From NCBI GenBank assembly GCA_024679065.1, contig JAGIQG010000009.1:95790001-95854000 (forward strand): a stretch of DNA of 64,000 nucleotides, in the 5' to 3' direction. The DNA is from Sphyrna mokarran. Its lineage: Eukaryota. A model generated the notes under the pieces. The model ran no database searches. It worked only from the letters and a program-made list of their open reading frames with translations, and was not told the origin of the DNA. The position numbers and the translations under genes are program-made. Shown in pieces: positions 37,101-51,140 of this stretch (its first letter is position 1; each line of letters starts with the position of its first letter).

Positions 37101-40100
37101 AGGACACAGCTCACACCCTGAGAGAGACAGTGTGAGTACAGGACACAGCTCACACACTGAGAGGGACAGTATCAGTACAGGACACAGTTCACACACTGAG
37201 AGGGACAGTATCAGTACAGGACACAGCTCAGAAACTGAGAGAGACAGTATCAGTACAGGACACAGCTCAGACACTGAGAGGGACAGTATCGATACAGGAC
37301 ACAGCTCACACACTGAGAGGGACAGTATCAGTACAGGACCTAGCTCACACACTGAGAGGGACATTATCAGTACAGGACACAGGTCACACACTGAGAGGGA
37401 CAGTATCAGTACAGGACACAGTTCATATACTGAGAGGGACAGTATCAGCGTAGGACACAGTTCACATACTGAGAGAGACAGTATCATTACAGGACACATC
37501 TCACACACTAAGAGAGACAGTATGAGTACAGGACACAGCTCACAGACTGAGAGGGACAGTATCAGTACAAGACACAGTTCACACACTGAGAGGGACAGTA
37601 TTAGTACAGGACACAGTTCACACACTGATAGAGAGTATCAGCGTAGGACACAGTTCACAGACTGAGAGGGACAGTATCAGTACAGGACACAGCTCAAACA
37701 CTGAGAGGGACAGTATCAGTACGGGACACAGCTCACACACTGAGAGGGACTGTATCAGTACAGGACACAGTTCACACACTGAGAGGGACAGTATCAGTAC
37801 AGGACACAGTTCACACAGTGAGAGGGACAGTATCAGTACAGGACACAGTTCACACACTGAGAGAGACCGTATTGCGTAGGACACAGTTCACACACTGAAG
37901 GACAGTATCAGTACAGGACACAGTTCACACACTGAGAGGGACAGTATCAGTACAGGACACAGTTCACGCACTGAGAGGGACAGTATCAGTACAGGACACA
38001 GTTCACACACTGAGAGGGACAGTATCAGTACAGGACACAGTTCACACACTGAGAGGGACAGTATCAGCGTGGGACAAAGTTCACACACTGAGAGGGACAG
38101 TATCAGTACAGGACACAGCTCACACACTGAGAGGGACAGTATCAGTACGGGACACAGCTCACACGCTGAGAGGGACTGTATCAGTACAGGACACAGTTCA
38201 CACACTGAGAGAGACCGTATCAGCGTAGGACACAGTTCACACAGTGAGTGGGACAGTATCAGTACAGGACACAGTTCACACACTGAGAGAGACCGTATCA
38301 GCGTAGGACACAGTTCACACACTGAGACGGACAGTATCAGTACAGGACACAGCTCACACACTGAGAAGGACAGTATCAGTACAGGATACAGCTCACACAC
38401 TGAGAGGGACAGTATCAGTTCATGACACAGTTCACATACTGACAGGGACAGTATCAGTAGAGGACACAGTTCACACACTGATAGGGACAGTATCAGTGTA
38501 GAACACAGTTCACTTACTGAGAGGGACAGTATCAGTACAGGACACAGTTCACACACTGAGAGGGACAGTATCAGTACAGGGCACAGCTCACACACTGAAA
38601 GGGACAGTATCAGTAAAGGACACAGTTCACATACTGAGAGGGACAGTATCAGTACAGGACACAGCTCCACACTGAGGGGGACAGTATCACTACAGGACAC
38701 AGCTCACACACTGAGGGGGACAGTATCAGTACAGGACACAGCTCACAAAGTGAAAGGGACAGTATCAGTACAGGACACAGCTCACACACTGAGAGGGACA
38801 GTATCAGTAGAGAACACAGTTCACACACTGAGAGAGACAGTTTCAGTACAGGACGCAGCTCACACACTGAGAGGGACAGTATCAGTACAGGACACAGTTC
38901 ACACACTGAGAGAGACAGTATCAGTTCAGGACACAGCTCACACACTGAGAGGGACAGTATCAGTACAGGACACATTTCACAAACTGAGAGGGACAGTATC
39001 AATACAGGACACAGCTCAGACACTCAGAGGGCCAGTATTAGTACAGGACACAGTTCACACACTGATAGGGACAGTATCAGTAGAGGACACAGTTCACACA
39101 CTGATAGGGACAGTATCAGTGTAGAACACAGTTCACATACTGAGAGGGACAGTATGAGTACAGGACACAGTTCACATACTGAGAGGGACAGTATCAGCGT
39201 AGGACACAGTTCACATACTGAGAGGGACAGTATCAGTACAGGACACAGTTCACACACTGAGAGGGACAGTATCGATACAGGACACAGCTCACACACTGAG
39301 AGGGACAGTATCAGTACAGGACCTAGCTCACACACTGAGAGGGACAGTATCAGTACAGGACACAGGTCACACACTGAGAGGGACAGTATCAGTACAGGAC
39401 ACAGTTCATATACTGAGAGGGACTGTATCAGCGTAGGACACAGTTCACATACTGAGAGAGACAGTATCATTACAGGACACAGCTCACACACTAAGAGAGA
39501 CAGTATGAGTACAGGACACAGCTCACAGACTGAGAGGGACAGTATCAGTACAAGACACAGTTCACACACTGAGAGGGACAGTATTAGTACAGGACACAGT
39601 TCACACACTGAGAGAGAGTATCAGCGTAGGACACAGTTCACAGACTGAGAGGGACAGTATCAGTACAGGACACAGCTCACACACTGAGAGGGACAGCATC
39701 AGTACGGGACACAGCTCACACACTGAGAGGGACTGTATCAGTACAGGACACAGTTCACACACTGAGAGGGACAGTATCAGTACAGGACACAGTTCACACA
39801 CTGAGAGGGACAGTATCAGTACAGGACACAGTTCACACACTGAGAGGGACAGTATCAGTACAGGACACAGTTCACATACTGAGAGGGACAGTATCAGCGT
39901 AGGACACAGTTCACATACTGTGAGGGTCAGTATCAGTGCAGGACACAGTTCACATACTGAGAGAGACAGTATCAGTACAGGACACAGTTCACACACTGAG
40001 AGGGACAGTATCAGTACAGGACACAGCTCACACACTGAGAGGGACAGCATCAGTACGGGACACAGCTCACACACTGAGAGGGACAGTATCAGTACAGGAC

Positions 40101-43100
40101 ACAGCTCACACACTGAGAGGGACAGTATCAGTACAGGACACAGTTCACACACTGAGAGGGACAGTATCAGTACAGGACACAGTTCACACACTGAGAGGGA
40201 CAGTATCAGTACAGGACACAGTTCACATACTGAGAGGGACAGTATCAGCGTAGGACACAGTTCACATACTGAGAGGGTCAGTATCAGTACAAGACACAGT
40301 TCACATACGGAGAGAGACAGTATCAGTACAGGACATTGTTCACATACTGAGAGAGACAGTATCAGTACAGGACACAGTTCACACACTGAGAGGGACAGTA
40401 TCAGTACAGGACACAGTTCACACACTGAGAGAGACAGTATCAGCGTGGGACAAAGTTCACACACTGAGAGGGACAGTATCAGTACAGGACACAGCTCACA
40501 CACTGAGAGGGACTGTATCAGTACAGGACACAGTTCACACACTGAGAGAGACCGTATCAGCGTAGGACACAGTTCACACAGTGAGAGGGACAGTATCAGT
40601 ACAGGACACAGTTCACACACTGAGAGAGACCGTATCAGCGTAGGACACAGTTCACACACTGAGACGGACAGTATCAGTACAGGACACAGCTCACACACTG
40701 AGAGGGACAGTATCAGTACAGGACACAGCTCACACACTGAGAGGGACAGTATCAGTTCATGACACAGTTCACACACTGACAGGGACAGTATCAGTAGAGG
40801 ACACAGTTCACACACTGATAGGGACAGTATCAGTGTAGAACACAGTTCACTTACTGAGAGGGACAGTATCAGTACAGGACACAGTTCACACACTGAGAGG
40901 GACAGTATCAGTACAGGGCACAGCTCACACACTGAAAGGGACAGTATCAGTAAAGGACACAGTTCACATACTGAGAGGGACAGTATCAGTACAGGACACA
41001 GCTCCACACTGAGGGGGACAGTATCAGTACAGGACACAGCTCACACACTGAGGGGGACAGTATCAGTACAGGACACAGCTCACACAGTGAAAGGGACAGT
41101 ATCAGTACAGGACACAGTTCACACACTGAGAGGGACAGTATCAGTAGAGAACACAGTTCACACACTGAGAGAGACAGTATCAGTACAGGACGCAGCTCAC
41201 ACACTGAGAGGGACAGTATCAGTACAGGACACAGTTCACACACTGAGAGGGACAGTATCAGTTCAGGACACAGCTCACACACTGAGAGGGACAGTATCAG
41301 TACAGGACACATTTCACACACTGTGAGGGACAGTATCAGTACAGGACACAGCTCAGACACTGAGAGGGACAGTATCAGTACAGGACACAGTTCACACACT
41401 GAGAGGGACAGTATCAGTAGAGGACACAGTTCACACACTGAGAGGACAGTATCAGGTGACAAGTTCACACTGAGAGGGGTTGGGGTGGGTTGTACAGACA
41501 CAGTTCACACACTGAGAGAGACCGTATCAGCGTAGGACACAGTTCACACACTGAGAGGGACAGTATCAGTACAGGACACAGTTCACACACTGAGAGGGAC
41601 AGTATCAGTACAGGACACAGCTCACACACTGAGAGGGACAGTATCAGTTCATGACACAGTTCACAACTGAAGGGACAGTTAGTAGAGGAAAGTCACACAC
41701 TGATAGGGACAGTATCAGTGTAGAACACAGTTCACATACTGAGAGGGACAGTATCAGTACAGGACACAGTTCACATACTGAGAGGGACAGTATCAGTACA
41801 GGGCACAGTCACACACTGAAGGGCGTATCAGTAAGGACACAGTTCACATACTGAGAGGGACGTATCAGCTCCACACTGAGGGGGACAGTATCATACAGGA
41901 CACAGCTCACACACTGAGGGGGACAGTATCAGTACAGGACACAGCTCACAAGTGAAAGGGACAGTATCAGTACAGGACACAGCTCACACACTGAGAGGGA
42001 CAGTATCAGTAGAGAACACAGTTCACACACTGAGAGAGACAGTATCAGTACAGGACGCAGTCACACACTGAGAGGGGTTGTGGGTCACACTGAGGGACAG
42101 TATCAGTTCAGGACACAGCTCCACACTGAGGGACAGTATCAGTACAGGACACATTTCACACTTTGAGGGAAGTATCAGTACAGGACACAGCTCAGACACT
42201 GAGGGCAGTAGAGAAGGACCAGTTCACACACGAAGGGACAGTATCAGTAGAGGACACAGTTCACACACTGATGGACAGTATCAGTGTAGAACACAGTTCA
42301 CAATGAGAGGGACAGTATCAGTACAGGACACAGTTCACATACTGAGAGGGACAGTATCAGCGTAGGACACAGTTCACATACTGAGAGGGACAGTATCAGT
42401 ACAGGACACAGTTCACACACTGAGAGGGGCAGTATCAGTACAGGACACAGTTCACACACTGAGAGGGACAGTATCAGTACAGGACGCAGTTCACACACTG
42501 AGAGAGACAGTATCAGCGTAGGACACAGTTCACACACTGAGAGGGACAGTATCAGTACAGGACACAGCTCACACACTGAGAGGGACAGTATCAGTACACG
42601 ACACAGTTCACACACTGAGAGGGACAGTATTAGTACAGGACACAGTTCACGCACTGAGAGGGATAGTATCAGTACAGGACACAGTTCACACACAGAGGGA
42701 CAGTATCAGTACAGGACACAGTTCACACACTGAGAGGGACAGTATCAGTACAGGACACAGTTCACACACTGAGAGAGACAGTATCAGTACAGGACACAGT
42801 TCACACACTGAGAGGGACAGTATCAGTACAGGACACAGCTTACACACTGTGAGAGACAGTATCAGTACAGGACACAGCTCACACACTGAGAGGGACAGTA
42901 TCAGTACACGACACAGTTCACACACTGAGAGGGACAGTATCAGTACACGACACAGTTCACACACTGAGAGGGACAGTATCAGCGTTGCACACAGTTCACA
43001 TAGTGAGCGGGACAGTATCAGCGTAGGACACAGTTCACATACTGAGAGGGACAGTATCAGTACAAGACACAGTTCACACACTGAGAGAGATAGTATCAGT

Positions 43101-45348
43101 ACAGGACGCAGCTCACACACTGAGAGGGACAGTATCAGTACAGGACACAGTTCACACACTGAGAGAGACAGTCTCAGTTCAGGACACAGCTCACACACTG
43201 AGAGGGACAGTATCAGTACAGGACACAGTTCACACACTGAGAGGGATAGTATCAGTACAGGACACAGCTCAGACACTGCGAGGGACAGTATTAGTACAGG
43301 ACACAGCTCACACACTGAGTTGGACAGTATCAGTACAGGACATAGCTCACACACTGAGAGGGACAGTATCAGTACAGGACACAGTTCACACACTGAGAGG
43401 GACAGTATCAGTATAGGACACAGCTCACATACTGAGAGGGACAGTATCAGCGTAGGACAGTGTTCACAGACTGAGAGGGACAGTATCAGCGTAGGACACA
43501 GCTCACACACTGAGAGGGACAGTATCAGTACTGGACACAGCTCACATACTGAGAGGGACAGTATCAGTACAGGACACAGCTCACACACTGAGAGGGACAG
43601 TATCAGTACAGGACACAGCTCACACACTGAGAGGGACAGTATCAGTACAGGACACAGCTCACACACTGAGAGGGACAGTATCAGTACAGGACACAGTTCA
43701 CACACTGAGAGGGACAGTATCAGTATAGGAACAGCTCACATACTGAGAGGGACAGTATCAGCGTAGGACAGTGTTCACAGACTGAGAGGGACAGTATCAG
43801 CGGCACAGTCACACACTGAGAGGGACAGTATCAGTACAGGACACAGCTCACATACTGAGAGGGACAGTATCAGTACAGGACACAGCTCACACACTGAGAG
43901 GGACAGTATCAGTACAGGACACAGCTCACACACTGAGAGGGACAGTATCAGTACAGGACACAGTTCACACACTGAGAGGGACAGTATCAGTACAGGACAC
44001 AGTTCACACACTGAGAGAGACAGTATCAGTACAGGACACAGTTCACACACTGAGAGAGACAGTATCAGTACAGGACACAGCTCACACACTGAGAGGGACA
44101 GTATCAGTACAGGACACAGTTCACACACTGAGAGTGACAGTATCAGTACAGGACACAGTTCACACACTGAGAGGGACAGTATCAGCGTAGGACACAGCTC
44201 ACACACTGAGAGGGACAGTGTCAGTACAGGACACAGCTCACATACTGAGAGGGACAGTATCAGTACAGGACACAGCTCACACACTGAGAGGGACAGTATC
44301 AGTACAGGACACAGCTCACACACTGAGAGGGACAGTATCAGTACAGGACACAGCTCACACACTGAGAGGGACAGTATCAGTACAGGACACAGTTCACACA
44401 CTGAGAGGGACAGTATCAGTACAGGACACAGTTCACACACTGAGAGAGACAGTATCAGTACAGGACACAGTTCACACACTGAGAGAGACAGTATCTGTAC
44501 AGGACACAGCTCACACACTGAGAGGGACAGTATCAGTACAGAACACAGTTCACACACTGTGAGTGACAGTATCAGTACAGGACACAGTTCACACACTGAG
44601 AGGGACAGTATCAGCGTAGGACACAGCTCACACACTGAGAGGGACAGTGTCAGTACAGGACACAGCTCACATACTGAGAGGGACAGTATCAGTACAGGCC
44701 ACAGCTCACACACTGAGAGGGACAGTATCAGTACAGGCCACAGCTCACACACTGAGAGGGACAGTATCAGTACAGGACACAGCTCACACACTGAGAGGGA
44801 CAGTATCAGTACAGGACACAGTTCACACACTGAGAGGGACCGTATCAGTACAGGACACAGTTCACACACTGAGAGGGACAGTATCATTACAGGACACAGT
44901 TCACACACTGAGAGAGACAGTATCAGTACAGGACACAGTTCACACACTGAGAGAGACAGTATCTGTACAGGACACAGCTCACACATTGAGAGGGACAGTA
45001 TCAGTACAGGGCACAGTTCACACACTGTGAGTGACAGTATCAGTACAGGACACAGTTCACACACTGAGAGGGACAGTATCAGTACAGGACACAGTTCACA
45101 CGCTGAGAGAGACAGTATCAGTACAGGACACAGTTCACACACTGAGAGAGACAGTATCAGTACAGGACACAGTTCACACACTGAGAGAGACAGTATCTGT
45201 ACAGGACACAGTTCACACACTGAGAGAAGCAGTATCAGTACAGGATACAGTTCACACACTGAGACGGACAGTATCAGTACAGGACACAGCTCAGACACTG
45301 AGAGAGACAGTATCAGTACAGGACACAGCTCAGACACTGAGAGGGACA
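31143..45348. repeat. 39-bp satellite array 2 (about 360 monomers, both ends present)
   Basis: Same monomer and orientation as array 1; degenerate first units at about 31143; ends at GAGGGACAATG. Confidence 0.98.
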
Positions 45349-45359
45349 ATGTCACACAG

Positions 45360-45411
45360 GTACTGATAGTGCTGGTCCCTCTGTGTGCAGTGATTTCTGT
45401 GGGTGGTGAGT
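45360..45411 (+). pseudogene. Orphan MHC class I leader exon (VLIVLVPLCAVISVG plus a phase-1 GTGAGT donor)
   Basis: 45362-45387 is 25/26 identical to the gene A leader (ACTGATAGTGCTGGTCCyTCTGTGTG); donor at 45406; the ATG at 45349 is out of frame. Confidence 0.7.
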
Positions 45412-45844
45412 TTTGACTTGGAAGTGCCAGGTTTACATATTAATCCTAAGTAATAAAGAACATGAGAGCTAACAGAAGGAATAATCCCTTCATCCTCGTG
45501 TTCCTGTCCCATCATCCAATACAATCATAGTTGATTTTCTACCTCATCTCCATTTTCATTCCTACTCTCTGTAAAACGCCTTTCACTGAGACACCACAAA
45601 TCTCTCTATCTTCAATATATTCAGTAATGATGCATCCACAATACGCTGGATAGAGAATCCCAAAGACTCACAATCCTTTCAGTGAAGAAATTTCTCCTCA
45701 TGTTAACGAATTCACCTCTTACCTTGTGGCTTTACCCTCATGTTTTATTGCTCACCAACAGAAAGAATATTTCAGTATCAGCCCTAAGAATCACTATCAG
45801 AATAGAATCATTCAGTGAGGTTACCTGAAAATTACCAATTCCCA

Positions 45845-46105
45845 GCTTGGCTCACTGTGCGTGTGGAGTTTGCACATTTTCCTCGTATCTGCATGGGTTT
45901 TCTCTGGGTATTCCAGTTACCTCCCACAATCCAAAGATGTGCAGGTTAGTTTGATTGGTCACACTAAATTGACCATAGGTGCATCGGTTAGAAGATTAGG
46001 GGGTAAAATATGTACGGATATGGGGATAGGGCCTGGGTGGGAATGCGGTTGTTGCAAACTTGGTGGGCCGAAGGGCCTCCTTCTGTACTGTAGACTTTCT
46101 ATGAC
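45845..46105 (+). mobile_element. HE1-like V-SINE (5'-truncated)
   Basis: GTGTGGAGTTTGCACATTTTCC core; GGGCCGAAGGGCCT...TTCTATGA tail. Confidence 0.75.
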
Positions 46106-46344
46106 CTAATTTTTCTAAACTCCATTGAATAAATCCCAACCTGCTCAACTTTCTCTCATTAGAAAATCCCGATGTTTCCAAGATTTAGAGAAAGAAACGT
46201 CCTCTGTACGTCTGGCTGGAAAACATCTACACAGGTGTGTTGTTAATAATTGCCTTTACCTTTGTGACAAGAATTCTTTCTCCTGTTCTCCAATCTCTTT
46301 GCAACATCAAGGTACCATTTGCTTTCCTGATTGCATATTGAACG

Positions 46345-46668
46345 GTGGGCGCTTTGGCACAGTGGTTAGCATTGCTGCCCCCCACAGTGCCAGGGACCAG
46401 GGTTCAACTCTAGCCAAGGGTGACTATCTGTGTGGAGTTTTCACATTCTCCCCATGTCCGTGTGGGTTTCGTCCGGGTGATCCAGTTTCGTCCCACTGGT
46501 TAGGATTGGCCATTCTAAATTGCTTCTTAGTGTCCCAAGATGTATTGGTTTGGGGAATTAGCCATGTAAATATGTGGGGTTACAGGTATAGGGATTGGGT
46601 AAAATGCTCTGTTGGAGAATCAGTGGGCTGAATGATCTCTTTCTGCACTGCAGAGATTCTGATTCTAT
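46345..46668 (+). mobile_element. HE1-like V-SINE
   Basis: GGCACAGTGGTTAGCATTGCTG head; GATTCT tail. Confidence 0.78.
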
Positions 46669-47067
46669 CTGCAAGAATTTGTTTGTTTCTTGTGGAGTAC
46701 GCATGGGTCTCTAATTTTTAATAAGTGTTCTACTTTTCAATCCATGTCAACAAAGTTTAATAGCACTACTTCCCGCCCCCCTCCCCCCACACCAACCCTT
46801 CCCCCCAACCATCAGCAACTCTGTTCTATGCCGCGTATGAGCAGTTCTAGTGATTTCTAATCATGTGATATATGAAGCAACATTTCAGCTCAAAAACAGA
46901 AGTGCTGTGCAATGTGCGTTCACTGGGTCTACAGATAAATCTGTCTCACTTCATTACATCTGAATTAATAAGTAAATAAATGTGTCCTGTTCTCAGAAAT
47001 ATCCTTACACATAACATTCATTTCAAAAAGCATTTCTGTCTGAAACCTGCAGATGTTACAATAGTTA

Positions 47068-47299
47068 TGATATGGAGATGCCAGCGTTGGACTGGGGTAA
47101 ATACAACAAGAATTCTTACAACACCAGCTTGAAGTCCAACAGGTTTATTTGTTAGTAAAACGCACAAGCTTTTGGAATGCTGTATCTTCATCAGGTGAGT
47201 GGACACAACTTTGTCAGGTGAGTCTCCACTGACCTGACAATGGAACCGCATTCTGAAAGCTTGGAGATTTTACTACCAAATAAACCTGTTGGACTTTAG
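47068..47299. mobile_element. Non-autonomous Penelope-derived element with inverted halves and two decayed hammerhead-like motifs
   Basis: GGAGATGCCAGCGTTGGACTGGGG start; AAGTCCAACAGGTTTATTTG and its reverse complement CAAATAAACCTGTTGGACTT. Confidence 0.6.
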
Positions 47300-47545
47300 A
47301 TTCCCAGCTTGGGTCACTGTCTGTGTGAAGTTCTCCCAGTGTCTGCAAGGGTTTCCTCCAGGTGCTCTGGTTTCCTCCTACAGTCCAAAAGACATGCTTA
47401 GTTCGGTGAGGTGTATTGGCCATGCTGAATTCTCCCTCAGTGTACCCGAACAGGCGCCGGAGTGTGGTGACTGTGGGATTTTTACAGTGACTTCATTACA
47501 GTGTTAATATAAGCCCACTTGTGACTAATAAATAAACTTTAACTT
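47300..47545 (+). mobile_element. HE1-like SINE 3' part (homolog of 11255-11533)
   Basis: GCTTGGGTCACTGTCTGTGTG...AATAAATAAACTTT. Confidence 0.7.
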
Positions 47546-47989
47546 CACTTTAGATTAATACTGTGCTTGTTTCCAATATCATCAAGAGAATGAAATTACA
47601 TCTACTGCCTCTTCAATAGAACATCTCTCAGTAAAAAACAGACTTTGCAAGGTTTCCTGAAACCAATACTATATTTTATAACATGTATCTCAAAGCCACA
47701 GCTTACTCTGACTCAGTCTCTCACTCCACCCTCTTGTTATTACTTGCTTGTACAGTATAACAAAATGAGATGTTATTACTGAAGGATGGACATGCTTCAA
47801 TTTAAAGACCTTCTGGCAGGCTGGGTAATCAGAGCAATGTCTGTGTGGGCCAGTATGAATGTGCAGAAGACCATATTATGCTGACAGGAGACACAGACCC
47901 CCATTACACTCCATCTGCCATCTTGCAGCCCATTTGCTTAATTTGCCCAAATCTCTTTGCAGCTCTCTAATCCTCCACATAGTTTACAT

Positions 47990-49300
47990 TTCATAGAAAC
48001 TCAGAAAACAGGAACAGGAACAGGCCATTCAGCCCATCAAACCTGCTCTGCCATTCATTATGATCATGGCTGATTTTCCAACTCAATCCAGCCTTTCCAC
48101 ATATTCTTTGATCTGCTTCACCCCAAATGCAATATGTAACTGCTTCTTGAAAATATACGTTTTTTCCCCAACTGCTGCCTGCAATAGTGAATTCCATAGG
48201 CTTACCAATATCTGGATGAAGAAATTTCTCCTCATCTCAGTTCTCAATGGTTTACCTTGCATCCTCAATGACAACCCCTGATTCTGGACTCCTCCATCAT
48301 TGGGAACATCCTTCCTGGATCTACCTTGCAGAGGCCTCTTTGAATTTTATAAGTTTCTGTGCGATCCACCTCATTCTTCTAGACCCCAATGAATACAATC
48401 CTAACAACTTAATCCTTCCTCATTTCCACCTAGCTTTGTAGCTGCTGCAAGTTTAGATACACTACACCCGTCTTCTTGGCCTGAGTCATGAATGTAGATT
48501 GTAAATGGCTGATTGTTCGACCACTGATCCTAGTGACACTCCACTAACCAGAGTTGGCCAATTTGAAAATGGCCCATTTATGCCAAATCAATGTTTTCTG
48601 TCTATTTGACATCTGGATGTAAATTACCCCATTGGGTAGATGCAGCATGAGTTCATGAAGGGCAGGTCATGTTCAACTAATTTGATGGAATTATCTGAGG
48701 ACACCACATGCGCAGTGAGCAATGGGGAATCTGTGGATGTGGTGGATCTTGATTTCCAGAATGCATTTGACAAGGTGCCACAAAAAAGGCTGTTGCATAA
48801 GGTAAAGGTGCACAACGTTATGAATAATGTATTGGCATGGATAGAGAATTGGTTAACTATTGAAAATAAAGAATGGGGGTAAATGGCCTCAAAATGAGAT
48901 GGAACAGATTTAGGACCGAGTTGAAGAGGAACTTCTTCATCCAAAAGGTTGTGAATATGTGGAATTCTCTGTTCAGTGAAGCAAGTTGCAGTTACCTCAT
49001 TGAATTTTAAGACAAGGATAGATAAATTTTTGAACAGTAAAGGAATTAAGAGTTCTGGTTCCAAATGAGAAAACACTGGAAAATCTCAGTAGGTCTGGCA
49101 GCATCTGTAATGAGAGAAAAAAGCGTTGATATTTCAAGTTCAGATGAGCCTTTGTCAAAGCCCTTTGTCAAAGAGTTGTGGTGATCACGTCGGTAAGTGG
49201 AGCTGAGTCCAGAAAAACAGCAGCCATAATCTTATTGAATGGCAGAGCAGGCTGGCGGGGCCAGGTGACCTATTCCTGCTCTTTGTTCTTATGTTCTTAT
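47990..49300. mobile_element. Mixed-orientation CR1 fragments
   Basis: RRNFFIQILVSLWNSL on the minus strand; QHEFMKGRSCSTNL...DFQNAFDKVP on the plus strand. Confidence 0.75.
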
Positions 49301-49843
49301 TAACTAATCCACTACTCATGCAAAAATATTACCCCCAACTCTCCAACACTGACAATGGACAATAAAGGTTCTCTATGTAGAGATGCACTTTAGAGGATTA
49401 GGGTTTTTAAACTAAAGAATAAAGTTTGAGGGTTATATCAACTTGTTTTTCATTCTAGAGAGTTTAGAATTTTGAGGGGAGATCTTTTGATAATGTTAAA
49501 ATGATTCCGTAATCTGGAATCCACATTCAGTTGCTCCACCAAAAATTGTGAACAACTGGAGCTTTAAAATGTAAGAGTGATAGATTTTTATTGGGTAATG
49601 ATATCTAAGGATATGGGTTATTGTCAGAAACTGGGGTTCAGACCAGTGGTGATCTAATTGAATGGTTGGCTCAAATGTCCTTCCCTCTGTCCCAGTATCA
49701 AACTCCTTTCAGCTTATTCACTCTGGTCAGTGATGAAGTCAGAATCATAGAATAAGCCCATTCAGCCCACTATAAGACAAAGCACCTTCACCCTGGCTCT
49801 AACAGTGTAGCCTGACGTGTTTACCACGGCTAATCCCCTGATG

Positions 49844-50801
49844 ATGTAGAGATGCCAGCGTTGGACTGGGGTAAACTTAGTAAGAGGTCTTGCAATACCA
49901 ATTTTAAATCCAACCGATTTATTTGATAGGAAACCTGCTAGCTTTTGGCATTTGTGCCTTCGTCAGGTGAATGAGGTGTTCTGGTCTCCAAAAGCACACA
50001 TATCAGCACAGACAGTTTACAGATTGCTGATTAGAATCGAATCCTTACACCTAACCTACTATTCAAGTCTTAAAGTGGCTAACAATCTGAATGGAAGGAA
50101 CACTGAGCACTGAGGTTAGAGAGATGTGTATTGTTTCCAGACAGCACAGTGAGGTTTTTTGCTAACCTAGGCAAGTCATGGGGGTTACAGATAGTGTGGC
50201 ATGAAGCCAAGATCCCTGTTAAGACCGTCCTCATGTGTGCAGAACTTGGCTATCAGTCTCTGCTCAGCGGCTCTGTGCTGTCGTGTGTCGTGAAGGCCCC
50301 CTTGAAGAACATTTACCCGAAGGTCGGAGGCCGAATGCCCATGACCGCTGAAGTGTTCACCCACAGGAAGGGAACTATTTTGCCTGGTGGTTGTCGAGCG
50401 ATGTTCATTCATCCGCTGTCGTAGTGTTTGCATGGTCTCCCCAATGCACCATGCTTCGGGACATCCTTTCTTGCAACGTATTAGGTAGATGGCCAACGTT
50501 GCCCGGGTTACCAAAAACCTCACTTACTGTGCTGTCTGGAGACAATACACATCTCTCTAACCTCAGTGCTCAGTGTTCCTTCCACTCACATTGTTAGCCA
50601 CTTTAAGACTTGAATAGCAGGTTAGGTGTAAGGATTCACATTCTAATCAGCAATCTGTAAACTGTCTGTGCTGATATACGTGCTTTTGGAGACCAGAACA
50701 CCTCATTCGCCTGACGAAGACACAAATGCCGAAAGCTAGCAGGTTTACTATCAAATAAATCGGTTTGATTTAAAATCGTTGTTGCCAGACCTCTTACTGA
50801 G
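49844..50801 (-). mobile_element. Penelope-like element: GIY-YIG endonuclease fragment between about 285-bp inverted arms, with a 13-bp target-site duplication
   Basis: ORF 50185-50523 reads IYLIRC...WCIGET.QTLRQRMNEHR...VGEHF...EQRLI...GLN; arms 49875-50160 and 50513-50802; flanks TAATCCCCTGATG and TAATCCCCCGATG. Confidence 0.88.
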
Positions 50802-51065
50802 TAATCCCCCGATGCACATGAATTGGGACACTGAAGAGCAATTTGCTAATCCACGTATTTTTGGAGTGTGGGAGGAAACTGGGGCACCCAGAAGAAAACC
50901 ACATGGAGAATGTGCAACCTCCACACAGACAGTGACCCAAGGCTAGAACTAAACCCGAGTCCTTGGCACTTGTGAAACAGCAGGGCTAACGTGAGATAAG
51001 CAACAATATTTAGCCGATCGGATGATTCTCAACATTGAGGAAGTTCGTCAACCTTTTTGTCTATT

Positions 51066-51140
51066 CTGCCGGAGACTGATGACTCAGTGAATCTCTTTAC
51101 TCTGATTGGACGCAAAATAGGTCTGAACCGGTCAGATTGA
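51066..51140 (+). promoter_or_regulatory. Gene B promoter: X1-X2-like box and Y box
   Basis: CCGGAGACTGATGACTCA at 51069-51086 and CTGATTGG at 51102-51109. Confidence 0.68.

Noticed and set aside
41440-42310. Highly irregular monomers (also 3180-3200 and 5930-6010) as distinct biological sub-elements
   Set aside because: Dense single-base deletions and G/T-rich junk look like low-coverage long-read consensus errors.
31143-45348. CRISPR-like array
   Set aside because: No unique spacers, no cas genes, and a eukaryotic context; it is a simple tandem satellite.
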